Below are positions 1 through 7,708 of a DNA stretch of 64,000 bases, in pieces (position 1 is the first letter of the stretch; each line of letters starts with the position of its first letter). A program made the position numbers and the translations under genes. The stretch spans positions 124,001-188,000 of the IMG/VR virus record IMGVR_UViG_3300008259_005066; one strand, 5' to 3'. Under the pieces are notes generated by a model. That model worked only from the letters and a program-made list of their open reading frames with translations. It had not been told where the DNA came from and searched no databases.

Positions 1-1265
1 ACAAGCACCAGATTGAAAATACGAGGAATATTGATACCAACAGCAGCCACGCCATAGGTAGCAACAATAATTTTATCGGTAGCTTCAGCCACTTCGTCAT
101 ATTCATCCTGTCTGTCCTTTGCTTTGGTGGCGCCTGAAACAAACACAGCACGGTCGCCCAGTCGTTTTACTAGTTCTTGTCCGGCTGTGATACGATCTAC
201 CAGCACGAGAGTGTTGCCTGTTTCGTTAACTTGCCGTATCAAACTGGCCATGGTATCCAACCGCCCTGATTCCTCTAAAAGATATTTCAGTTCGCTTTGA
301 TAGTTGTTGTATTCCACATGGTCTACTAGTTGCACGATGTTGACATGGCACTGCGCCAGCACTCCTCTATCCTGCAGTTCAGCGGCGGCCAGTCGAGATA
401 TCACTGGTCCTAGACTCACATGCAAGGCCTGGAATTCAAAATCTTCTTTGGGTATGGTTCCTGTCAATCCCCAACGGATTGGCACTTGCGCCATCACGCC
501 TGTGAGCAGAGTTTTCAGTGCATCGGCCTTGGCCATGTGCACCTCGTCCACTATCACGCACACTACGCCTTCGATAAATTCACCAATGGTGATTTCTGCT
601 GATTGATTTTTGGTGTTCTTTAACAGCACATTGAGACTCTGCCATGTGCAGATGGTGTGTGTGCGTCCAAACTCTTTGCGGTCTCCGAAGAACACACCCA
701 CGTCCAGACCCATGTTGATGTAGTCTTTTTCTGTCTGTGTCACAAGACTTTTGTTAGGAACTATCACTATGCTACGACCATAAGGTGTCACAGCATGGCT
801 CAGGGCGGCAGTCATGATTGTTTTGCCGGCGCCAGTGGCCACTTCTTGCAGGCATTGAGGGTTGGCAAGAAAGTTGTTGACTATGTCAACTTGGTAGTCT
901 CGCATCATGACAGGTTCGCCGGCATTGGGATGTCCTTTGGGCCAAGAGATGTTAGAGAAAGTGTCTTCTTGCACTTGCTCAAACTCAAAGGTGGTGCGAT
1001 ACTCTCTTTGATCGTCCAGTTCTATGTCGTAACCATATTCTTCCAGCACTGGTATGATTTCAGGCAAGAGGTTTACGTAGGTGCTACCACCCAGTTGGAA
1101 AAAGGAGACCTTGCCATCCCATCGCCCCAATCTTACCGCTGGTAGGTATCTGGCGTAAGGAACATCATATTTGAACTTGTTGACTAGAGTGCGACGTGCA
1201 TCCAGTTCTAGCCCTTCTATCTTGACGTTGACTTCATCTCGTATGCTTAGTCGTGCAGTTCTCAT
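1..1265 (-). CDS. uvsW: UvsW-like superfamily 2 DNA helicase (partial, runs off left edge)
   Basis: Not in ORF track (no stop in window). Manual translation from ATG at 1265 (MRTARLSIRDEV...) gives motif I EVATGAGKT, motif II IVDEVH, motif III GLTGT and VATYGVAAVGINIP. Confidence 0.85.
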   Translation of the reverse strand, partial: MRTARLSIRDEVNVKIEGLELDARRTLVNKFKYDVPYARYLPAVRLGRWDGKVSFFQLGGSTYVNLLPEIIPVLEEYGYDIELDDQREYRTTFEFEQVQEDTFSNISWPKGHPNAGEPVMMRDYQVDIVNNFLANPQCLQEVATGAGKTIMTAALSHAVTPYGRSIVIVPNKSLVTQTEKDYINMGLDVGVFFGDRKEFGRTHTICTWQSLNVLLKNTKNQSAEITIGEFIEGVVCVIVDEVHMAKADALKTLLTGVMAQVPIRWGLTGTIPKEDFEFQALHVSLGPVISRLAAAELQDRGVLAQCHVNIVQLVDHVEYNNYQSELKYLLEESGRLDTMASLIRQVNETGNTLVLVDRITAGQELVKRLGDRAVFVSGATKAKDRQDEYDEVAEATDKIIVATYGVAAVGINIPRIFNLVL

Positions 1266-1271
1266 TGTGAT

Positions 1272-1299
1272 ATTATACACTAATTTTGACGTGTGTCAA
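1272..1299 (-). promoter_or_regulatory. sigma70-type promoter for helicase
   Basis: TTGACA-N16-TATAAT; ATG follows 6 nt later with no SD. Confidence 0.8.
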
Positions 1300-1309
1300 A
1301 ATAATTTGA

Positions 1310-2482
1310 TTAATGTGCATCCATTGCCGTTAGGACCTCGTCAAACAGGCTACGGAAAATACCCAAATGTTTTTGGATTTGCGGTATATCAACTTTCCTA
1401 TGTTTCATAAGTTTGGAAAATCTATCCACAAACTGTTGCCGCCATTGCGGACTGAATTTAACCTTGTCTAACCCATCAATCAGATCTTGTATCCACTGCG
1501 TCTGCTTGGATATCAATCTAAATCTTTGATTGCAATCCTGTAGATACTGTTTCAGTTCGATTTTTTCAGAAACGGTAAGTATGTCCCAAGACCAGCATCC
1601 GGGCGATAGATTGTGCAAAGAAATTGGTGTGCGTTCTCGATTGGCCCAGTCCAAAGTGGCATGCAGATTTTGAATATTAAGCACCTGTGTGACCACATGA
1701 AAATTGAGTTTGATGTTTGATAGTTGTTTCAGTTTTTGGTAATTGCCGATCAAGGTATCCCAGGTGTAAGGGTAACGCATAAGAGCATAGGTTTCTTCTA
1801 TAGCATCTATGCTGATTTGCATTTCAATTGCTTTGATCTCTGTAAGCTTTTTCCAAAGTTCATCAGTCAATACGCTGGCATTGGTTACGATCCTGGCTTC
1901 GAGATTTTTTTCAATGATCTTGTTGCAAATTTTGACGTTGTTTTTGAATAAGAAAAATTCCCCGCCTATGAAACTGACCTGCTCGAGATCAGGTAGCAGA
2001 TCTATAGTTTCCAACACTGTGTCTGTGTTGTCTTTTACATCGATTCTTTGCTTTATGAATCCCAATTGGTAACTTTCTTCGGCATGTTTGCTGGACCATT
2101 CAGGATCACACATAAAACAGGCCATGTTACACACATTGCCAAAAAAAACATCTAACAATTTGATACCCATCTGGTCACTGGCATAGGGTTTTTTCAACAA
2201 CTGTTTTCTAGTGCTGTCTAGACCAATTTGTTCAGATTTCCAACATCTATGACAACCAGGATGTGGTTGCAATCCTTGCAACAAGTTATTTCTGTGCCAG
2301 GACATTTCCTGCCCTTGAAGATATTCGTCAAGACTGGATATAGGACCCTGTGGATCATACACACATCCCGGTTTGAAAATCACTCCATACTGATCATATT
2401 TGCCAGGTATTGAGGCACTATAAGATTCTATTCGTAAAGTAGTAAATGGTGCCGTGCAAAATATTTTGTTGTCTTTGCCCAT
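1310..2482 (-). CDS. Radical SAM protein with N-terminal Cys-rich (SPASM/twitch-like) segment
   Basis: CNMACFMC (CxxxCxxC), GGE motif, extra N-terminal C...C...CHRC. Start moved to ATG 2482 (MGKDNK), 5 nt after CTAAGTA. Confidence 0.85.
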   Translation of the reverse strand: MGKDNKIFCTAPFTTLRIESYSASIPGKYDQYGVIFKPGCVYDPQGPISSLDEYLQGQEMSWHRNNLLQGLQPHPGCHRCWKSEQIGLDSTRKQLLKKPYASDQMGIKLLDVFFGNVCNMACFMCDPEWSSKHAEESYQLGFIKQRIDVKDNTDTVLETIDLLPDLEQVSFIGGEFFLFKNNVKICNKIIEKNLEARIVTNASVLTDELWKKLTEIKAIEMQISIDAIEETYALMRYPYTWDTLIGNYQKLKQLSNIKLNFHVVTQVLNIQNLHATLDWANRERTPISLHNLSPGCWSWDILTVSEKIELKQYLQDCNQRFRLISKQTQWIQDLIDGLDKVKFSPQWRQQFVDRFSKLMKHRKVDIPQIQKHLGIFRSLFDEVLTAMDAH

Positions 2483-2487
2483 GTGAA

Positions 2488-2494
2488 TACTTAG
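2488..2494 (-). promoter_or_regulatory. late-type promoter motif CTAAGTA
   Basis: Variant of recurring NTAA(A/G)TA motif, 5 nt before ATG. Confidence 0.6.
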
Positions 2495-2501
2495 CGAGGT
2501 C

Positions 2502-2534
2502 AAAAAAAGAGGCACCTTTTTAAAGGGTGCCTCT
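2502..2534 (-). terminator. intrinsic terminator after AAA ATPase
   Basis: AGAGGCACCC-tttaaaaa-GGTGCCTCT stem followed by T-run on minus strand. Confidence 0.85.
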
Positions 2535-2585
2535 GTGAAACGGATCGCCTAGGAGCTAGACTATTTGATGGCGATCCGGGTAAAC

Positions 2586-3611
2586 TTATTCGTGTCGCAT
2601 GCAGGTATTCTCTGCTAGGGCTTTCCAGTTAGAACTGACTTTGGTCAAGTCTGCCAATTTCAGCGCCATGCGCAGACTGATCTCGCGCATGCGGGCATGG
2701 TTGTCCTGCATGAATTGGACAATCTCATCGCCCTGTTCGGGTGAGAAATCATAGTCCTGGAACAAGTCACCTTTGCGGAAGATCTGCTTGATGCGCAGGA
2801 TCTTGTCGCGGGTGGTGTTCAGCGTAAGGTCCAGGAAGTGACAGCGACTCTGCAAAGCCTCAAGATGATCTTGCAGTTTCTTGCTCTTGAGATGATCAAA
2901 CTTTAGATTGGTGATGAAAATCACCGAACCCTTGAAGTCGAACTGGTCAGGAACACCTTCACGGCGCAACATCGAAGAGTCTGAATTCCAATGGATACGA
3001 CGTTTTTTGCCCGAGTCCAGAGCGGCTTTCAAGATGTTCAGCGCGATGTCATCTAGCAGAATGGAGTCGCAGTCGTCAAACACCAAGACGTTTTTAGGGT
3101 CCGAATGTTTATACAAGGTGCAATACAATCCTATAGGAGTCATGGCACCTTTGATCACTTCATACTTGATCTTGCGACCGCTGATGTTATCAAACAAGCC
3201 GGCCTTTTCCAGTTGATACTCTACCCCGTAGGATTTGCCCACTCCAGGAGGGCCTGTGACAATCATGGCACGGATGTCGCCAGCGATGGCGGCCTTGGTC
3301 ATGTCGTCTAGGATCCCGAACCGTTGCTCAATACGATCCATGATTTCTTCGTCAGTTTCTTCAGGTTTTTCGGTCTTTTTAAATTCTACTACCTTGTTAG
3401 ATTGCGACACAATACCTCCGGTGATTTCGATGTCTTCGATAGAGTCTAGTTTAACACGGATCTCGTCAGGAAAGCCAGGAAAATTATCGCCGTTTTGCAC
3501 GGTTACGAAATTGCCTTTTGCCGAACTGGAGAAATCTTTCACTAGGGTGAAGTTGGTGTTCACGATGGGTTGATTGCGATACACACCGCGCTTGATGAGG
3601 ACTTGCGTCAT
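2586..3611 (-). CDS. AAA+ family ATPase
   Basis: Walker A GPPGVGKS, Walker B LVFDDCD, ALQSRC arginine-finger-like motif; SD AGGAG. Confidence 0.85.
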   Translation of the reverse strand: MTQVLIKRGVYRNQPIVNTNFTLVKDFSSSAKGNFVTVQNGDNFPGFPDEIRVKLDSIEDIEITGGIVSQSNKVVEFKKTEKPEETDEEIMDRIEQRFGILDDMTKAAIAGDIRAMIVTGPPGVGKSYGVEYQLEKAGLFDNISGRKIKYEVIKGAMTPIGLYCTLYKHSDPKNVLVFDDCDSILLDDIALNILKAALDSGKKRRIHWNSDSSMLRREGVPDQFDFKGSVIFITNLKFDHLKSKKLQDHLEALQSRCHFLDLTLNTTRDKILRIKQIFRKGDLFQDYDFSPEQGDEIVQFMQDNHARMREISLRMALKLADLTKVSSNWKALAENTCMRHE

Positions 3612-3643
3612 TGTCTAGGCTCCTTTTTTGTTACTATACCCAT

Positions 3644-3672
3644 ATTATAGCAAAATGGCTAATTCTGGTCAA
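3644..3672 (-). promoter_or_regulatory. sigma70-type early promoter (proximal)
   Basis: TTGACC-N17-TATAAT. Confidence 0.8.
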
Positions 3673-3749
3673 CCTGGGCAAAAATCCCCCATTTTATGGG
3701 TGTTGTTTTTTTGCCACAGATCTATTCTGCTAAAATTTACTATAATTGT

Positions 3750-3778
3750 ATTTTACGGAAAAAGGATTTTGTGGTCAA
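3750..3778 (-). promoter_or_regulatory. sigma70-type early promoter (distal)
   Basis: TTGACC-N17-TAAAAT. Confidence 0.75.
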
Positions 3779-3782
3779 CCAC

Positions 3783-3808
3783 AAAAAAACCCTGCCGAAG
3801 GCAGGGTT
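3783..3808 (-). terminator. intrinsic terminator
   Basis: AACCCTGC-C(TTCG)G-GCAGGGTT then T-run. Confidence 0.9.
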
Positions 3809-3829
3809 GTTTTACCATTTGAAACTATA

Positions 3830-4273
3830 TCAGGTGGGTGATACATTACCTGGATTTGTTACATCAATAGTGAACGTGATGGTCTCTCCTGCGCTGATTT
3901 CAAAAAACCAACCGCTCCAGATGGGGCTCTGGGGCGTGCCGCCTGGCATTGGATCCACTGGTGTGGCTGGCCATTCAGGTGCTTGTCCGTTGATTAGGAT
4001 GTCGTTGTTTCTCATATCAAAGCCACAGGTAGATGGATCAGTTGAACGGACTACTTGCCCCACAGTGATTACACCGGATGTGACAGATACTGACACAGGG
4101 GCAGTAACAACAGCGTTGCCTGTCACTGGAATATCTGTAGAAAACAATGTAATTTCTGTGTCTAGCGGTTGTCCAACTCCTACTTGTCCGCTAAAAACTT
4201 CATTGCCATCGATTAAAATTGTTGTTGCCGAGGGTGTTGCAAAAACACGTCCGCGGAATAATACGCTTGCCAT
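3830..4273 (-). CDS. hypothetical protein, beta-rich, possibly virion-associated
   Basis: 147-aa ORF with SD AAGGA, own terminator and upstream late motif. Confidence 0.7.
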   Translation of the reverse strand: MASVLFRGRVFATPSATTILIDGNEVFSGQVGVGQPLDTEITLFSTDIPVTGNAVVTAPVSVSVTSGVITVGQVVRSTDPSTCGFDMRNNDILINGQAPEWPATPVDPMPGGTPQSPIWSGWFFEISAGETITFTIDVTNPGNVSPT

Positions 4274-4292
4274 AATTTTTCCTTTTGAATAT

Positions 4293-4386
4293 CTAAATAC
4301 GACATTAGGCTGGCTATCGCTTGGCTTAGCGCACCCGGATCTTTATCGTGCGATACAGCCGTATCCGAACCGCACATAGTATTTAG
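4293..4386 (-). ncRNA. candidate structured 5' leader RNA (unnamed)
   Basis: Non-coding interval with several short helices and loop-loop complementarity, bounded by a CTAAATAC/GTATTTAG inverted repeat. Confidence 0.4.
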
Positions 4387-5141
4387 CACCAGTGCTGTTC
4401 AATCACAGCATCTTTCACTTCGTGTGGTTTGGGACTGCCATGGAAAATCAACACACTGGTAGAATCTGGTATGTGTGTTCCAGTGCCGGGGGCTAGATAT
4501 TTACGGGTGCGAAAATCAAATCCTCCATCTTTGAGTTGCCAGCGCCAACTTTGCACCCTGGTTTTTTCAAAGTAATTTTCTCGGCCAGGACCCAGTATCT
4601 CATGTAGATAGTCCTGATCACCGTGCCATGCCGTGCGTTTGTGTGCTATTTGCCCAGGATCAAAATGCTGATAAATGTGCGCGAACTTCGCAGGATCAAA
4701 CCACATCATGCTGGAGTTCATGGCTATTTTACTGGGCCGGAACAGATATTTGAAGTCTTGCACAGCCCAGAATCTATCCGTGGGCAATCGCCACACCCAA
4801 TCAAGATTGCCTACGATCACTGTGTCCAGATCCAAATACAGCATGGGTCCTCTATGATGCCGTGGGTTGAATAACTGTATCTTGTACCACCACGATCGTT
4901 TGGGGCCGCGCACACCAGGCCATTCTTCCAAGGCATGATGTATCATGTGACCAGGCACTACTCTGTTGCTTTCGGTATAAACATGCATTCTCACCGGCAG
5001 AGAAAGATTGCGACAAAGAGCATTGTAGAGTTTGTCCACATAGTCCCATGGATACAAGGTGTCGTGTATCAAGCAGGCGCAATCAATATGCTCCAATGTC
5101 GCTGTTTCTACGACAGCGCGGTTTTTATTCTTTTTAACCAT
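4383..5141 (-). CDS. GT-A fold glycosyltransferase (GT8-like)
   Basis: LYLDLDTV DxD motif, GDQDYL motif, C-terminal IFHGSPKPH. Confidence 0.75.
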   Translation of the reverse strand: MVKKNKNRAVVETATLEHIDCACLIHDTLYPWDYVDKLYNALCRNLSLPVRMHVYTESNRVVPGHMIHHALEEWPGVRGPKRSWWYKIQLFNPRHHRGPMLYLDLDTVIVGNLDWVWRLPTDRFWAVQDFKYLFRPSKIAMNSSMMWFDPAKFAHIYQHFDPGQIAHKRTAWHGDQDYLHEILGPGRENYFEKTRVQSWRWQLKDGGFDFRTRKYLAPGTGTHIPDSTSVLIFHGSPKPHEVKDAVIEQHWC

Positions 5142-5956
5142 GAACCTTGTCTTATTTCATCAACTGTGTATTCTGTGTGGCATATCTCAACTAACCATCG
5201 ATCTCTGTCGTGATCTACCAACGTGTCTAGATCCTCGTATTTGGTACGAATAGGAGCAGCCAAACTGCTGGGATCCACGATGACTTGGCAACCAGACAGG
5301 GCGGCCTGTATGCCCGAGCCACTGTTATAATTTATCAAGGCCCTGCAGTCATAATTGATATCAAAATCATCGTAGGTATTTTTTATAGGGCGAGGCATTT
5401 CTATGGTCACATCTCGAGGCAAAAGACCTGGATCCAATGCACTCCTGGGATGTGGTCTCACGACTATGGGCAAGTCTGTGTGTGAACGAGCCAAGGCGAT
5501 TTGTTGATTGATCCAGTGTTCCATGCTGGGCAATGATTCTACCTGGAAACTCTGTTTGTGTTGCGCGGCTATGATCAATCGTGGTTGGCCCAAGCGCACT
5601 GGATATAGTTTAACTCCCAATTTGGCAGGGCGATCCCAATCAAGATCCGTGGTGTGTCCATAGTATCCCTGTGCGGTGATGTTGTCCACAGCGATCTTCC
5701 ATGTGTGCCCACGTTTCAGTGCGCCCACATCTATCACTATCACCGGTCGGCCGAGATTTTTATAATGCTGATACACTGAACGATTGGGTTGCATGCGACC
5801 GTGCCACAACACCGACCAGATCACCGCTACATCCGCATCTAGAGAATTTTCTCTACGTTGCCATCCCTGTTGAGAACATCGATCCAAAAAGGCTCCCAAC
5901 ACTTCTTTGCTGTTGAGAGCGCACTGAGATGGAAAATAGGCGATGGTCTTGATCAC
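5108..5956 (-). CDS. capsule-synthesis (KpsC/KpsS-like) GT-B protein
   Basis: LIIAAQ...IVVRPHP...INYNSGSGIQAALSG pattern. Start set at GTG 5956 (VIKTIAYFP); the ORF-track extension to 6388 overlaps a real plus-strand gene. Confidence 0.6.
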   Translation of the reverse strand: MIKTIAYFPSQCALNSKEVLGAFLDRCSQQGWQRRENSLDADVAVIWSVLWHGRMQPNRSVYQHYKNLGRPVIVIDVGALKRGHTWKIAVDNITAQGYYGHTTDLDWDRPAKLGVKLYPVRLGQPRLIIAAQHKQSFQVESLPSMEHWINQQIALARSHTDLPIVVRPHPRSALDPGLLPRDVTIEMPRPIKNTYDDFDINYDCRALINYNSGSGIQAALSGCQVIVDPSSLAAPIRTKYEDLDTLVDHDRDRWLVEICHTEYTVDEIRQGSWLKRIKTALS

Positions 5957-5962
5957 TAAATA
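5956..5962 (+). promoter_or_regulatory. late-type promoter motif CTAAATA
   Basis: 7 nt before ATG 5970. Confidence 0.65.
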
Positions 5963-5969
5963 TCCTGCG

Positions 5970-6809
5970 ATGAAATACACAGTAATTACCACGTTCCATG
6001 CCCCGGGTCTCAAACAATATGGCCAGCGCATGATCGACGCTTTTGATCGCCATTGGCCCGGAGATGTGGAACTGATAGTATATGCAGAAAATTGCCAGCC
6101 CAGATCGCCCAGCGATCGTGTGAAGATCCTGGATCTGTTGGCACAGTCACCAGATTTGGTAAATTTCAAAAATCGCTGGGGCAACGATCCCATGGCCAAT
6201 GGGTTGGTGGCCAAAGACACCGGAGTACCGTTCAAAGACAATGCTTTCAAGTGGGATGCAGTGAGATTCAGCCACAAGGTCTTTGCTGTGATCCATGCTT
6301 GCCGCACTCTAGACAGCGACTGGGTGATATGGTTAGATGCAGACACAGTGACTTTCCAGGACGTTCCGGAAAATTTCTTGAGCACCATATGCGAAGATTC
6401 AGCAATGGCCTGTTATCTGGGACGCAGGGAAAAATATCACAGCGAATGCGGATGGGTGGCCTATAATCGGCGCCATCCCGATTTGCTCAGTTTCATGGAC
6501 CGTTGGCATGATCTTTATGTCACAGGAGATCTTTTCCGCCTGCGCGAATATCATGACAGTTTTGTATTTGACGTGATCCGCAAAGACTTCCAGACGCAAC
6601 GACAGACCTCTTTCCACAATCTCAGTCCCGAACTGCCGGGCAAAGGCCCAGGGCATCCTTTTATCGCCAGTCGCTTGGGCCTATACATGGATCACATGAA
6701 AGGCTCTAAACGCAAGGCCTTGGGACATAGCCTACCCGATGATTATGATCGCAATCAAGGATTGAACAGCAGTGTGGGGTATTGGCAAGGAATCTTTGGC
6801 AGGCGCTGA
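5970..6809 (+). CDS. GT-A fold glycosyltransferase
   Basis: KWDAVRFSHKVFA, VIWLDADT DxD motif, YHDSFVFD, DHMKG; start MKYTVITTF. Confidence 0.75.
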   Translation: MKYTVITTFHAPGLKQYGQRMIDAFDRHWPGDVELIVYAENCQPRSPSDRVKILDLLAQSPDLVNFKNRWGNDPMANGLVAKDTGVPFKDNAFKWDAVRFSHKVFAVIHACRTLDSDWVIWLDADTVTFQDVPENFLSTICEDSAMACYLGRREKYHSECGWVAYNRRHPDLLSFMDRWHDLYVTGDLFRLREYHDSFVFDVIRKDFQTQRQTSFHNLSPELPGKGPGHPFIASRLGLYMDHMKGSKRKALGHSLPDDYDRNQGLNSSVGYWQGIFGRR

Positions 6810-7708
6810 CGCATGAATCGCCAGGCTTCACCGCTGGAGATCTCTTCCGAGCTCCAATGGCATTGTGCTAGTTTAGTATAAAACTCTTGTCGATCACCAC
6901 GGCGTGGTGATTCGATCTCTGCTATGTTGTTGCTGGCCCAGGGCCAGGCTTGGCTTTTGGCAGGTCGAGGATCTGTGACAAATGCAGGAACTCCCCACAG
7001 TATGCTGGCCACACCTGGACTGGAATTGTAGGTCACTGTGGCCCAGGTTTGATTGAGATCTTCTCTGATGTCTTGTTGTGTGCTCCAGGCAACCTGGGCC
7101 ACAGATGGTAGTTGTATGGTAGGCACTATGGCTAGATTTCCTGGGTGAGGTCTGATCACAATGGGTCGATCAGTGTGCTGGCGTATCTGAGGCAACAAGG
7201 TATCCAACCACTGTTGCACCGGAACGTCGCCCATGCTCCAACCGCCATTGCGTTGCAGTGCGACCAAGATATTGCGACCGTTGTTGCTCCATCCGCGCTC
7301 GGCGAAACCATAATGGGCTTTGATTCGTTGCCAGCGTTGTAGATCCGGGTCGCGATCAAAATAATAACCAGTGTCAGGAAACACGTCGTCTAGGCTATAA
7401 CGCAGATAACGATTGAAATCTGCAGGTTCCAAGAAACCAAACAGATTGCTGTCCATGGCCAAAGTATGTCCATTGCTTCGCCGTTGTTGTTTGATCACCC
7501 GACGGCGCACTTCGAGGTGTGCGCCGGTTTTCATTCCTATCCAGCCTTGGAGCACTGCCACATCACATTCTACAGGTTCGTCTTGGGTCACTAGATATAC
7601 TTCATCTCCGGCCAACTTGGCACCATGGGCAAATCTAGTCAAGATATCGCGCTTGAATTCGTTTTTAGATTTCCTAGGAACACCAGAGAGGTATACAGCT
7701 ATTTTCAT
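6755..7708 (-). CDS. capsule-synthesis (KpsC/KpsS-like) GT-B protein
   Basis: ILVALQ...IVIRPHP...VTYNSSPGVASILWGVP pattern, paralogous to 5108..5956. Confidence 0.6.
   Translation of the reverse strand: MKIAVYLSGVPRKSKNEFKRDILTRFAHGAKLAGDEVYLVTQDEPVECDVAVLQGWIGMKTGAHLEVRRRVIKQQRRSNGHTLAMDSNLFGFLEPADFNRYLRYSLDDVFPDTGYYFDRDPDLQRWQRIKAHYGFAERGWSNNGRNILVALQRNGGWSMGDVPVQQWLDTLLPQIRQHTDRPIVIRPHPGNLAIVPTIQLPSVAQVAWSTQQDIREDLNQTWATVTYNSSPGVASILWGVPAFVTDPRPAKSQAWPWASNNIAEIESPRRGDRQEFYTKLAQCHWSSEEISSGEAWRFMRQRLPKIPCQYPTLLFNP

Noticed and set aside
4360-4375. T-loop-like GGTTCGGAT suggesting a tRNA
   Set aside because: The flanks do not form a 5-bp T-stem, and there is no acceptor stem, anticodon arm or CCA.
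5957-6388. N-terminal extension of the 5108..6388 ORF
   Set aside because: It overlaps the well-supported plus-strand glycosyltransferase; the GT-like sequence begins at VIKTIAYF (5956).
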